DNA of 64,000 nucleotides from Candidatus Micrarchaeota archaeon (GTDB lineage Archaea; Micrarchaeota; Micrarchaeia; Norongarragalinales; Norongarragalinaceae). Positions 20,862 to 30,822 of the stretch are shown one piece after another (position 1 is the first letter of the stretch; each line of letters starts with the position of its first letter). The stretch covers positions 1-64,000 of the forward strand of contig JACQQD010000001.1 of assembly GCA_016207165.1 (NCBI GenBank), read 5' to 3'. The notes beneath the pieces are model-generated. The model ran no database searches and was not told the origin of the DNA. It was given only the letters and a program-made list of their open reading frames with translations. The position numbers and the translations under genes are program-made.

Positions 20862-21155
20862 ATGGGCCGGGTACACTGTTGCGACATGCGGGGCATGCTC
20901 TCGTTTTTGATCCTGTTTTTGCTGTCCAAGAAGCCGATGCATGGCCAGGAAATCGCCGACGAACTGGAGAAACGCAAAGGGGAGCGGCCTAGTCCGGGTA
21001 CCGTCTATCCGGCGCTCAAGTCCCTCAAGGAAAACGGTTTGATTCGGGAAACGCAAACCGGAAAAACCATTACGTACGAGCTCACCGATGAAGGAAAGGC
21101 GGGGCTTCGGGAACTCAAAAACCAGTTCTGCAAGACGTTCTCCGGCGTGTTTTAA
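20862..21155 (+). CDS. PadR-family transcriptional regulator
   Basis: MRGMLSFLIL...PMHGQEIADEL...PSPGTVYPALKSL...YELTDEGK. Confidence 0.93.
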   Translation: MGRVHCCDMRGMLSFLILFLLSKKPMHGQEIADELEKRKGERPSPGTVYPALKSLKENGLIRETQTGKTITYELTDEGKAGLRELKNQFCKTFSGVF

Positions 21156-21192
21156 ACGCACGCCTTAAAAGCCCAAAAACCGTTTTCAACGC

Positions 21193-22398
21193 ATGCCGGA
21201 TTTTTTCGTCTCCGCGTTTTTGGCGCTGGCCGTGGGCGGACTCATTGGGTTGGAGCGTGAGCGGTCCGGGCAGAAAATGCTGGGCGTCCGCAGTTTTGCC
21301 GCCACGTCGTTTTTGGGGTTGCTAGCCAGCGCGTTGCCGGACTCGTACCTCTTCGTGGTCCTGGGGTTCGCGGGCATCTTGTTGTTAAGCCTCTTGATGT
21401 ACCGGGCCAAAACCGAGCACAAAACCTGGGGCCGGGGCATCACCACCATCGTGATGCTTCCCTTGACGTACCTGTTCGGCGTCATGGTGGGGTCCGGATT
21501 GTTTCTGGAAGCCGGCGCCTCCGCCATCTTCGTGACGTTCTTGTTGGTGGAAAAAACCTACGTGCACCGCCTGGCGGTGACGGTGACCAAGGGCGAACTC
21601 GTGGATTTGCTGACGTTTGCCATCATCACTTTCATCGTATATCCGTTCATTCCCGTGCAACCGGTTGAAGCCTACGGGACGACCATCAACCTCCAATACA
21701 TGTGGACCATCGTCGTCGTGGTCACCGCCATCAGTTTCCTGCTTCACGTCCTGGTCAAGTACACCAAGCACAAAGGCGCCGAATACGCGGCCTTCCTGGG
21801 CGGCATGGTCGCCTCGGTTCCCACGTTGAGCCTTTTTACAGGCAAAATCAAGGACCCCTGGCGGTTGTTGGCGGTCAACGAATTGGTCTCCGCGGGCACC
21901 GTGGTGGGAGACGTCGTTCTGTTGGGACTGGTGGCGTTGCCCTTGCTGGAATTCGTTCTGCCGGTATTCGCACTCATGGCCATCGGGTTTTTGGCCACGT
22001 TTGCCAAATTCACTCCCGGATTTGACAACCAGGATTACCCGCTCCAGAAAAAACCGCTTTCCCTGGTGTTCGTCGTCAAATTCACGCTCGTGTTCTTTTT
22101 GATCGCGTTTGTCACCAACCACGCCGCCGCCACGCCGCAGAACGCGTACATTTCCAGTTTCATCAGCGGACTGGTCAGCTCCACGTCGGTCGTCGCCAGC
22201 ATCGCCTACTTGTTCCTCGAAAACCAAGTCACCCCCCAGACGGCCGCCATCAGCATCACGCTGTCCATCATCGCGTCCACGTTTAGCAAAACCGTGTTGA
22301 CTACCGCCAAGTTTCCAGACCACGTCGAATTGTGGGCTCCCGCTGTGACCGTCGTCGTCGCCGCCGCCGCGGGCCTCATCTTGATTGGAGCGTTGTAA
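21193..22398 (+). CDS. MgtC/SapB-DUF4010 membrane protein
   Basis: GGLIGLERE, GVRSFA, GITT, GGMVAS and GLVSST motifs; many TM helices. Confidence 0.88.
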   Translation: MPDFFVSAFLALAVGGLIGLERERSGQKMLGVRSFAATSFLGLLASALPDSYLFVVLGFAGILLLSLLMYRAKTEHKTWGRGITTIVMLPLTYLFGVMVGSGLFLEAGASAIFVTFLLVEKTYVHRLAVTVTKGELVDLLTFAIITFIVYPFIPVQPVEAYGTTINLQYMWTIVVVVTAISFLLHVLVKYTKHKGAEYAAFLGGMVASVPTLSLFTGKIKDPWRLLAVNELVSAGTVVGDVVLLGLVALPLLEFVLPVFALMAIGFLATFAKFTPGFDNQDYPLQKKPLSLVFVVKFTLVFFLIAFVTNHAAATPQNAYISSFISGLVSSTSVVASIAYLFLENQVTPQTAAISITLSIIASTFSKTVLTTAKFPDHVELWAPAVTVVVAAAAGLILIGAL

Positions 22399-22403
22399 CC
22401 GCA

Positions 22404-23384
22404 ATGCACGTGGACGGGGGACGCGGGGGAGGCCAACTATTGCGTACCGCGTTAAGCGTCAGCGCCTGCACCGGCAAACCGCTGACCATAGCCAATATCC
22501 GCGCCAAACGCCCCAAGCCCGGACTTAAGCCCCAACACCTCGCGTGCGTGCACGCGCTATCCGACGTCACGGACGCGAAAACAGAGGGCGCGGCGTTGGG
22601 GGCCACGGCCCTGGAATTCAACCCCAAAAAAATAGAGGGGGGAAACTTTTCCTGGGACATAGGCACCGCCGGCAGTGCGGCGCTGTTGTTGCAGTGCGTC
22701 CTGCCCCCGCTTCTGTTGGCCGAACGCAAGAGCGGGATAAGCATCCGCGGCGGAACGGACGTGCCCTTCGCGCCGCCCTCGCTTTTCATGGAACGCGTTT
22801 TCCCCAACGCGTTGCGGCGTTTTGGCGGCAAAATAGAAATCAAAGTTGCCCGCCACGGGTTTTACCCAAAAGGCGGCGGCATGCTGGAAGCCAAGATCAC
22901 GCCCGTTGGGAATTTGGAGGCCGTAGAGTGGCTGGAAAAACCCGACGGCACACCGCCTTCCGCCACCATTTTGGCCGCCGGGTTGCCTGACCACGTGGCG
23001 CAGCGGGAAAAAAAAATCCTGGAAAACCAAATTGGTTCGGTCGCCATTCAGGCCACAGAGGCGTCTTGCCCTGGCAACGTGGTGTTCATCCAACGCGACG
23101 AATTGAACGCTTTTACAGCCCTCGGAAAACAGGGAAAAAAAGCGGAGGCGGTAGCCCAAGAAGCCCTGGATGCCTTCACCGTTTTTGAATCCGGAACCGA
23201 CGCCGTGGAAGCCCACGTGTTGGACCAAATGCTCTTGTACGCGGCCTTGGCTCAAGGCGAAAGCCGTTTCCGCGTTTCAACGCTTTCCGAGCACGCGAAA
23301 ACCAATTTGGACGCGCTTTCCACTTTGTTGAATACCCGCCACCGCTTCGAAAACGGCGTGCTTGAAGTAACCGGAAAGCCTTGA
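22404..23384 (+). CDS. rtcA: RNA 3'-terminal phosphate cyclase
   Basis: GGGQLLRTAL, IRAKRPKPGLKPQH, DIGTAGS, GGTDV, GFYPKGGG, HVLDQ, HAKTN. Confidence 0.95.
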   Translation: MHVDGGRGGGQLLRTALSVSACTGKPLTIANIRAKRPKPGLKPQHLACVHALSDVTDAKTEGAALGATALEFNPKKIEGGNFSWDIGTAGSAALLLQCVLPPLLLAERKSGISIRGGTDVPFAPPSLFMERVFPNALRRFGGKIEIKVARHGFYPKGGGMLEAKITPVGNLEAVEWLEKPDGTPPSATILAAGLPDHVAQREKKILENQIGSVAIQATEASCPGNVVFIQRDELNAFTALGKQGKKAEAVAQEALDAFTVFESGTDAVEAHVLDQMLLYAALAQGESRFRVSTLSEHAKTNLDALSTLLNTRHRFENGVLEVTGKP

Positions 23385-23503
23385 AACTGTCCTTTATGTA
23401 AAGTGAAATACAGAAACACGGCATAAATTTAAAGCCTGAGAGCAAAACAATTCTTATGTTGAAAAAGCGTTTCTTAAAGCCCAAGGGGGAGGGGGCCAAG
23501 AGC

Positions 23504-23890
23504 ATGGTGGAACTGACGGTAGTAGCCAAAGATCGGGTGGGCTTGTTGGCGGACATCGGAGAAATTCTAGGGAAAAAAGGCATCAACATTGAATCCGTTT
23601 CCGTGGAGGCCTCGGGCAAAACCGCCATGGTGCACCTGAATTTGGGTCACAACGCGGAAGGCAAAAAACTCTTGGCGGACGCAGGCTTCCGCGTGGTGGA
23701 CCGCGACAAACTGCTTTTGCGCTTGAAGGACCAGCCCGGCGAATTGGCGAAAGTCTCGCGGACGCTGGCCAACGGAAACATCAACATCAAAAACGTCTAC
23801 ATTTTGGACGCGGAACGAAAGCAAAAAATCTTGGCGGTGGACACGTCCGACAACGCCAAGGCGCGCAAGCTCCTGAAAACGTATTTGTAG
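23504..23890 (+). CDS. tandem ACT-domain protein
   Basis: KDRVGLLADIGEILGKKGINI and KDQPGELAKVSRTLANGNINI. Confidence 0.9.
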   Translation: MVELTVVAKDRVGLLADIGEILGKKGINIESVSVEASGKTAMVHLNLGHNAEGKKLLADAGFRVVDRDKLLLRLKDQPGELAKVSRTLANGNINIKNVYILDAERKQKILAVDTSDNAKARKLLKTYL

Positions 23891-23891
23891 G

Positions 23892-24749
23892 TCACACGCT
23901 GGAAAGCAAGAACCACGCCACATCGCCTACAACCAAAGAAACCAGGAGTCCGGCCAGCAAGTACGGCCCAAAACGCGGCAAGTTCTTGTAAACCGGCACC
24001 TTTTTTCGCTTTCGGGCGTCCATGAACTTTTCCAATTTGTTTTTGGCGGACGCCGTCAACACGCGCTCCAACCCGAATTTTTCCACGTCCGCTTGGGGCA
24101 ATTTCTCCAGGGCCAGCACGTCCTCGTCTAAAAGTCTCTTGAAGGAAACCTCCTGGATCACGGCATGCGACAGAACGTCGGAACGGTACATCAGATAAAA
24201 CATTGCGGGAAAACCCACGGTCACGAACAAAACCTTGACGGTCAGGGACGAGGGGAGCAAAAACCCGAAAAGCAAAAGCGCGGCTACGCCCAGCCACCAC
24301 CACGCGCGTTTTTTCCCTGGGAAAAGGCCTTGCTTGAACAACGCGTGCGCGTACCAGACGCCGGAACCCAGGGTGGCCAAGAACGACGCCACCAAAAACA
24401 CGGATACGACAAACGGCCAGGGCGTGGGCACGGCCACCAGAGGAGAAACCGGAAGCCAAAGCGCCAAACCCAAAAGCAACAATACGTCTCCGCCGCCGAA
24501 TTGCCCGGTTTTATAGGAGACAAACCCCACGACGCCAATCACGGCAGCCACGGCGAACGCGAAAACAAACGCATTGAAATCCAAAAACAAGAGATTCCAA
24601 AAAAGACCCGCGCCGGCAAAGGCATACAAGAGCTTTTCATTCATGAAACTGGTTTGGTGGTCCTCCCACGCCAAAATCGCTGTGACCAAAACGGAAACCA
24701 CGACGCGCACTCCCGCGTCAAAGGCGAACGCATCCAAAAACACCGTCAA
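23892..24749 (-). CDS. A24 prepilin/class III signal peptidase
   Basis: Polytopic protein with AWED, FGGGDVLLL (GxGD) and C-terminal LPRFGPYL. Confidence 0.88.
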   Translation of the reverse strand: MTVFLDAFAFDAGVRVVVSVLVTAILAWEDHQTSFMNEKLLYAFAGAGLFWNLLFLDFNAFVFAFAVAAVIGVVGFVSYKTGQFGGGDVLLLLGLALWLPVSPLVAVPTPWPFVVSVFLVASFLATLGSGVWYAHALFKQGLFPGKKRAWWWLGVAALLLFGFLLPSSLTVKVLFVTVGFPAMFYLMYRSDVLSHAVIQEVSFKRLLDEDVLALEKLPQADVEKFGLERVLTASAKNKLEKFMDARKRKKVPVYKNLPRFGPYLLAGLLVSLVVGDVAWFLLSSV

Positions 24750-24840
24750 TCAACCCAATCAAACCAAACCAGGTACGGCTCCCATGCTTTTCATGCTTTG
24801 GGCCCTGTTTCCGCCAACCCGCCAAAACCAGAAAGCGGCG

Positions 24841-25032
24841 TTACGCGTAGTCGAAGTAGTCGTTGTCGATGCTCCACGTCAACAACAGCAAACCCAATAG
24901 AATCGAGCCCAGCCAGTGAAGCACCCCGAAGAACCCGAGCGCCAAAAACAGGATGCCGCCGATGAAAAAATGCGGTTTGGCCAAACCCATGCCGGGGTGC
25001 GGGTTGTCCGGCACTCCGGGAACCTTCGTCAT
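24841..25032 (-). CDS. small membrane protein
   Basis: 63 aa, two hydrophobic helices, abuts the srp54 stop. Confidence 0.65.
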   Translation of the reverse strand: MTKVPGVPDNPHPGMGLAKPHFFIGGILFLALGFFGVLHWLGSILLGLLLLTWSIDNDYFDYA

Positions 25033-26343
25033 TTAACCCATCCCCGGCAGCTTGCCCTTGAATTGCTTGGATAATTGCGACAACATGCCCCGGTTCTTCT
25101 TCACGTCTTTCAGCATTTTATTGGTTTTCTCGAATTGTTGCACGAGTTCCCGGACGTCGGACTCCTTCAAACCGGAACCCTTGGACACGCGGTGCTGGCG
25201 GGAAGCCTGCTTCATGAGCGCCGGGTCTTTGCGCTCCGCTGGCGTCATGGACAGAACCGCGGACTCGAAACTTTTCAGTTTTTCCTCGCTTTTCCCCACG
25301 AATTCCTCCGGCAAATCGTTCACGCCCATCATCTGCATCACGTTTTTCAGCGGACCCATTTTGCGGAACGCGCGCAGTTGCGCCAGAAACGACTCGTAAT
25401 CCAGTTTTCCGGACTCCCACGCCTTTTCCAGTTTCTCCTCCTCGGAAACGCTTTTCACGGTTTCCAAGAGTTCCGAAAGATTCGGAAAACCCAGAAGAGT
25501 CGACGCGTAGGCTTTCGGGTCAAACGCCTTGAAATCCGAGAGCTTCTCACCGGTTCCCACAAAAGCGATGCGCGACTGGCTTTCCACCACGCTGGTCAGC
25601 GCTCCGCCGCCCTTGCCGGAGCCGTCCATTTTCGTGATGATGACGCCGTCCAACTTCACGGTACCAGAAAATTGCTGCGCCTGCTTGCCGGCGACTTGGC
25701 CCAAGTCCGCGGATACGACGAGAAACGCGTGGTCCGGCTCGAACACGCGCGCCACGTCCTTTAACTCTTCAGCCAATTCGGCGTCAAAGCCACTGCGTCC
25801 AGCGGAATCCAGAATGACGACATCGCATGCATCGGAAAGCCGCCGTGCGTCCCGGGCAATGGCCACCGCGTCACCGGATTCCAGCGTGAAAAACCCGACG
25901 TGCGCCTGCTCCGAGAGTTGCTGAAGCTGTTTCTTGGCGGCGGGCCGGTGCACGTCCGCCCCCACCAACACCACCTTCAACCCCTTGGAGGCGTAAAACC
26001 GCGCGAGTTTGCCTGCCGACGTAGTTTTTCCCGCCCCGAACAATCCGCACAGCAGAATGCGTTGTTTGCCAAGAGTCGGCGCAAAGCCGGCGCCCATGAA
26101 TTTCTCGAGTTCCTCGTAGACGACCTTGACGACGTGCTCCCGAAGAGAAATGCCGGGCAGGGGTTTTTCCGAAAGCGCCCGTTGCTTGACCGTCTTGGTC
26201 CAGTGCAATACAAATCGGACGTTCACGTCATTGGAAATCAAGACCCTTTGAAGGTCCTTGACCAACGCGTCAATGGCGTCCTCGTCCACATACCGGCCCG
26301 ACAACTTGGCCAAAGCCTGGCGTAAACCCTTTCCCAAATCCAT
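25033..26343 (-). CDS. srp54: signal recognition particle protein SRP54
   Basis: GLFGAGKTT, DVHRPAA, DSAGR, TKMDGSGKGGG, GTGEK; M domain with SMTPAER. Confidence 0.97.
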   Translation of the reverse strand: MDLGKGLRQALAKLSGRYVDEDAIDALVKDLQRVLISNDVNVRFVLHWTKTVKQRALSEKPLPGISLREHVVKVVYEELEKFMGAGFAPTLGKQRILLCGLFGAGKTTSAGKLARFYASKGLKVVLVGADVHRPAAKKQLQQLSEQAHVGFFTLESGDAVAIARDARRLSDACDVVILDSAGRSGFDAELAEELKDVARVFEPDHAFLVVSADLGQVAGKQAQQFSGTVKLDGVIITKMDGSGKGGGALTSVVESQSRIAFVGTGEKLSDFKAFDPKAYASTLLGFPNLSELLETVKSVSEEEKLEKAWESGKLDYESFLAQLRAFRKMGPLKNVMQMMGVNDLPEEFVGKSEEKLKSFESAVLSMTPAERKDPALMKQASRQHRVSKGSGLKESDVRELVQQFEKTNKMLKDVKKNRGMLSQLSKQFKGKLPGMG

Positions 26344-26392
26344 GAAGTAGACTTGAAAGTCGAGGCATTAAAAACGAGTGGAGAGACTAAAA

Positions 26393-27796
26393 TCACGAAA
26401 CTTTCTTGTAGTACTCCGTGACGAATTGGCAGACGTCCTCGTGGCCACTGATGCCTTTCTCGGCCAGATATTGAAGCACTTTCTTGCGTTCTTCCATGAC
26501 GGCCATGACTTGCTTGGGAGACCGGTTCGTGGCGCGGCCCAGTTTCTCGATGGTGGCGGAGGGCGTCGAGGTTTTCTCGATGAAGTCGCTTTCGGGATTC
26601 CATTGATAGACTTGGTTGAGCGCCGGCCCCGTCTCGCCGCGCGCGATCTCCGAGACTTGCGTGATGCGGCGGACCAAGCCGTGCCTCCGGTCGTTGAAGC
26701 GCTGTTGCACGACGATGAGGTCCGCCAACGGCAGCAAAACGGTGGGCACGTTCATGGGCGTGTTCTCCAGGCGAGTGATGGCGTCGCGGTCGGAATTGGC
26801 GTGAAACGTCCCCGACGCGCCGCGGTGGCCGGTGTTCATGGCCGTAAAAAGCGTCTCCGCTTCGGCGCCCCGCATGTCGCCCACAATCAACCGGTCCGGC
26901 CGCATGCGCAAGGCGTTGATCAAGAGTTCTTGGGCGGTGGCGTGCTTTCCAGAGAAAAGGGGCACCCAATTGGTGCGGCCCACCAAGTTGAGTTCCGGCG
27001 TGTCCTCGATGGTGACGATGCGTTCCTCCGGAGGAATCAAGGCCGTCAAGGCGTTGAGCATCGTGGTTTTACCGGCCGCCGTGCCCCCGGCAATCAACAC
27101 GTTGAGTGGAAACAACCGGAAGCCTTCGTACGCCGTCCACAAAAGAGCGGCAACCTCGGCACTCAACGTGTTCTTCTGGATGAGGTGCACGATGGAAAAA
27201 GGCCGCTGGTGAAAAACACGGATGGTCACCGACGGCCAGGGAGCGGCGGGAGGCCGAATCACGTTGGCGCGCGAACCGTCGGCCAACCGAATGTCGTCGT
27301 ACAAGTCCTTGCCGCCCAACTGGTTGAGGAAAAACTCCAGTTTCTTCTCGTCGAACTGGAGGTTCGTCTTGCACAAGCCGGCTTCCCGGTGGTACACCCA
27401 AATGGGTTCGGAGAATCCGTTGACCACGATTTCCTCGAGTTCCTCGTCCTCAAACAACGGCTCGATGAGTTCGTACCCAAAAAAGCGCCGAAGCACCGCC
27501 TGCGCCAACGCTTGAGAGGATTGGACGTTTTTACACAACGCGGAAAGCGTCGTTTCCAGGCGCCCCCGGTCTTTCAACGGCAACGGCGTGCCAAACGAAG
27601 TCACGTCCAACCCGTCAAGAAACGCCTGCCACGCGGCCTCGTTGCCCGGATGTTTTTTCAGAAAAGCGCTCAAGGTGAGCCGCCGGTCCATCAACGAGGC
27701 CACGTCGTCGGAGAACTGCGCGTCGGCTTCGCTGAAAACAGGCGGCTGGACTCGGTACTCGCCGTACGGATACCCCTTCATGAGGTCAGCTGGCAT
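26393..27796 (-). CDS. CpaF/VirB11-type pilus assembly/secretion ATPase
   Basis: GGTAAGKTT, IEDTPEL, LRMRPDRLIVGDMRG, AMNTGH, GTFHAN. Confidence 0.92.
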   Translation of the reverse strand: MPADLMKGYPYGEYRVQPPVFSEADAQFSDDVASLMDRRLTLSAFLKKHPGNEAAWQAFLDGLDVTSFGTPLPLKDRGRLETTLSALCKNVQSSQALAQAVLRRFFGYELIEPLFEDEELEEIVVNGFSEPIWVYHREAGLCKTNLQFDEKKLEFFLNQLGGKDLYDDIRLADGSRANVIRPPAAPWPSVTIRVFHQRPFSIVHLIQKNTLSAEVAALLWTAYEGFRLFPLNVLIAGGTAAGKTTMLNALTALIPPEERIVTIEDTPELNLVGRTNWVPLFSGKHATAQELLINALRMRPDRLIVGDMRGAEAETLFTAMNTGHRGASGTFHANSDRDAITRLENTPMNVPTVLLPLADLIVVQQRFNDRRHGLVRRITQVSEIARGETGPALNQVYQWNPESDFIEKTSTPSATIEKLGRATNRSPKQVMAVMEERKKVLQYLAEKGISGHEDVCQFVTEYYKKVS

Positions 27797-27887
27797 TGCA
27801 GAGGTAAAGACGAAAAACCTATAAGAAACCCCCAGGAAAACCCAGCCAAGCCAAACCCGTTAAAACCCATCAAAGCGAAAAGCTCGT

Positions 27888-28454
27888 ATGGATGTCGCGT
27901 ACAACGACGCCCGCCTGCAGGCGCTCGTGCACAACGTGGGGTTGATTACCACGCGGGGGCCGGCGGGAGACGACGTCATGGCGGCGGAGTGGACGCACGT
28001 AATCGCCCACGAGCCCTGCTTGGTCATGGTGCACGTCGGAAAAAACACGGCCACCGCGGAAAACATTTCCGCCTCCAAGGCGTTTGGCGCCAACATCGCC
28101 GCGGAAAACCAGGATTGGGTCGCCAAAATGGTTGGCGGCGAAAGCGGGTACGACGTGGACAAAGTCGCGGCACTCAAGGAACTGGGCGTCGAATTTTACC
28201 CCGCCGAGAAAATCGACGGGTTCATGGTCAAAGACGCCGCCGCCAATTTGGAGTGTGCGGTCATCGATGAAATGGACGTGGCCGGATACCGGGCGTTCAT
28301 CGGCCGCGTCGTGGCCTTGTGTGGAACCCGGCAGGAACCGTTGGTGTACAGCCAAGGAAAGTACTTCAAGCGTGGCGAACGCGTCCAAAAACCCGACCAA
28401 AAAACGTTGGACCGCGCCAAGAAAGTCTTTGAAAAACACCGCAAAAACAAATAA
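27888..28454 (+). CDS. flavin reductase-like (FMN-binding split barrel) protein
   Basis: VGLITT, MAAEW, ENISASKAFGAN, LEC, FIGRV, PLVY. Confidence 0.88.
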   Translation: MDVAYNDARLQALVHNVGLITTRGPAGDDVMAAEWTHVIAHEPCLVMVHVGKNTATAENISASKAFGANIAAENQDWVAKMVGGESGYDVDKVAALKELGVEFYPAEKIDGFMVKDAAANLECAVIDEMDVAGYRAFIGRVVALCGTRQEPLVYSQGKYFKRGERVQKPDQKTLDRAKKVFEKHRKNK

Positions 28455-28478
28455 AGCCGGCCCCGCCGTAGCAAGTGC

Positions 28479-29825
28479 ATGCAACCCGGCAAAAAACTGG
28501 AAGCCATCGCGCAAAAAGTCGCCCGACGCGCGTCCCCCACCCCCCAAGAGGCCGAAAAAGAGCGGGCGTTTGCCGAACGCTTCATCGCGAAACTGGCCCC
28601 TAAACTCAAAGACGCCAAACTCATGCTGGTCGGCTCAACGGCCCGCGACACGGGGCTGGTTGGAGACAAGGACGTCGACGTGTTCGCCGCGTTTCCCCGC
28701 GACATGGAGGAAGACGACATCGTGAAAAAAACGGTTTCCGCCGTCAAAACCGTGAAAGCCAACTGGGTCATGCATTACGCGGAACACCCCTACTTGCAAG
28801 CCGTGGTGGAAGGCTACCAAGTCGAAGTCATCCCCTGCTTTGCCATCGGGAAAAACCAGCCGCTCAAGTCGGCGGTGGACCGCACGCCTCTTCACATGGA
28901 TTTCCTCCAAAAAAAACTCACGGCCAGCCAGCGCCAGGACGTGCGGGCCCTGAAGCAATTGCTTAAAACACACGGGTTGTACGGAGCGGAACAGGCCGTG
29001 AAAGGATTCTCAGGCATCCTCTGCGAGTACCTGGTCCTGAATTACCGCTCGTTTTCAGGCGTCATTGAAGCGGTCAAGGATTGGAAGCCACCCGTCCAAA
29101 TCGATTTCGTGCGCACCTACAAGACGTTTGAAGCGCCGCTGGTGTTCATCGACGCCGTGGACGAAAACCGCAACGTGGCCGCCGTAGTCTCCGAAACGCA
29201 GTTGAACCGCTTCATCGCCCTCAGCCAAACCCTTTGGAGCCGGCCCACGCAATCCCTGTTCTACCCCGCTAAAACCCAGGACGCGTCGGCCTCCTCCCTC
29301 CAAAAAACGTTGGACCAGCGGAAAACGGATTGGGCCGTCCTGCAATTTCAAAAGCCGGACGTGGTGGAAGACATCTTCTGGCCTCAATTGGAGCGGACGG
29401 CCGCCGCCCTCAAAAAACAGTTCGCCTTGCGCCAATTCACCGTTTTCAGCGACGCCGTGTTTGACGACGCCCGCCACGCCTACCTCTTCCTGGAACTGGA
29501 GCACGCTACGCTTCCCCACGTCCGCCGCGCCCTCGGCCCCCCCGTCAGCCAACCCGCCCACGTTGACCGCTTCATCAAAGGAAAAAAGCCGTGGCGGGGG
29601 CCTTTTGTACAGCAAGACCGCGTGGTCGTGGAAGAACCACGCAACGACGCCAACGCCTGGGCGTTTTTGAGGAAAGTCCAAAAAAACCCGGGCCGCTTCG
29701 GCGTCGCCTCATACCTTCAAAAACCCTTCAAGAAATCCAGCGTCCTACACGCCGTCAACGCGCTTCCCAAAGCCGCGCAAGAGGCATTGGCCGCGCACGT
29801 CCACCGGAAAGAGCCATGGTGGTAA
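28479..29825 (+). CDS. cca: archaeal class I CCA-adding enzyme
   Basis: GSTARDTGLVGDKDVDVF, YAEHPY, SAVDRTPLH, YGAE, GFSG. Confidence 0.96.
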   Translation: MQPGKKLEAIAQKVARRASPTPQEAEKERAFAERFIAKLAPKLKDAKLMLVGSTARDTGLVGDKDVDVFAAFPRDMEEDDIVKKTVSAVKTVKANWVMHYAEHPYLQAVVEGYQVEVIPCFAIGKNQPLKSAVDRTPLHMDFLQKKLTASQRQDVRALKQLLKTHGLYGAEQAVKGFSGILCEYLVLNYRSFSGVIEAVKDWKPPVQIDFVRTYKTFEAPLVFIDAVDENRNVAAVVSETQLNRFIALSQTLWSRPTQSLFYPAKTQDASASSLQKTLDQRKTDWAVLQFQKPDVVEDIFWPQLERTAAALKKQFALRQFTVFSDAVFDDARHAYLFLELEHATLPHVRRALGPPVSQPAHVDRFIKGKKPWRGPFVQQDRVVVEEPRNDANAWAFLRKVQKNPGRFGVASYLQKPFKKSSVLHAVNALPKAAQEALAAHVHRKEPWW

Positions 29826-30304
29826 TCCGCTTTGTTTGCGACGTCATGCTCGGCCGGCTGACGCGGTACCTGCGCATGGCCGGATACGAAACAGACTACC
29901 CAAAAGACGCGGAGGACGACGCCCTCATCAAGAAAGCCGCCAAGACGGGCGCCGTGCTTCTGACTCGCGACCACCGGCTCTTCCAAAAAGCCAAAGACCA
30001 CGCCAAAGCCTTCCTCGTGAAATCCAACGACGTCCACGAACAACTCGACACCGTGGCCCGCGCGTTCCGCCTCCAGGAACTGGCCGTGAAAACCCGGTTC
30101 TGCACCGCCTGCGGCGAAGAACTCCAAAAAGTGCCCAAAAAATCGGTGGCGCACCGATTGCTTCCCAGAATCCTGGAACGCCAAACCCTTTTTTGGGAGT
30201 GCACGCACTGCGGCAAACTGTATTGGCCCGGCACCCACGTGAAAAAAATCAACGAAACCCTTAAACGCCTGTCCGACCAGGAAAAAACCGGGGAGAAAAA
30301 ATGA
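29816..30304 (+). CDS. Mut7-C RNase domain protein
   Basis: FVCDVMLGRLTRYLRMAGY, LLTRD, CTAC, CTHCGKLYWPGTH. Confidence 0.93.
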   Translation: MVVIRFVCDVMLGRLTRYLRMAGYETDYPKDAEDDALIKKAAKTGAVLLTRDHRLFQKAKDHAKAFLVKSNDVHEQLDTVARAFRLQELAVKTRFCTACGEELQKVPKKSVAHRLLPRILERQTLFWECTHCGKLYWPGTHVKKINETLKRLSDQEKTGEKK

Positions 30305-30822
30305 ACAGGGGAGAAAAAGCGCCCGGATTTGACTTGCCCGGCGTGGACGGAAAAAACGTCCGGCTCTCGGATTTTGCCGGAAACGTGGTCGCCGTCATCT
30401 TCACGTGCAACCACTGCCCCTACGCGAAAGCCTACCAAGACCGCATCAAAAAAATCCAGGCGAAGTACCCGCAAGTCCGCGTCGTGGCCATCAACGCCAA
30501 CGACGATGAAGGGTATCCCGAAGACTCATTTGAAAACATGAAGGCCCGCGCGAGGCAAGCCGGATTCAACTTTCCGTACCTGCGCGACGAAACCCAGGAA
30601 ACGGCCCGCGCCTACGGAGCGCAAGTGACCCCCGACGTCTTCCTGTTGGACAAAAACCACAAACTCGTTTACCGCGGACGCGTGGACGACCATTGGCAAG
30701 AAGAAGACCACGTTCGAGAAAAAAGCCTCGAAAACGCCATTCAGGACATTTTGGCCGGCAAACCCGTTTCGAACCCCGAAGCCCGCGCCATCGGCTGCAG
30801 CATCAAGTGGAAAAGCGCATGA
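30301..30822 (+). CDS. thioredoxin-fold (AhpC/TSA-like) protein
   Basis: FTCNHCPY, DSFENM, FPYLRDETQ, YRGRVDD, GCSIKW. Confidence 0.93.
   Translation: MNRGEKAPGFDLPGVDGKNVRLSDFAGNVVAVIFTCNHCPYAKAYQDRIKKIQAKYPQVRVVAINANDDEGYPEDSFENMKARARQAGFNFPYLRDETQETARAYGAQVTPDVFLLDKNHKLVYRGRVDDHWQEEDHVREKSLENAIQDILAGKPVSNPEARAIGCSIKWKSA

Noticed and set aside
26378-28270. Long antisense/overlapping ORFs (e.g. 630 aa here, 562 aa at 1581-3269, 419 aa at 9949-11208)
   Set aside because: Shadows of well-supported genes in GC-rich DNA; no recognisable motifs.
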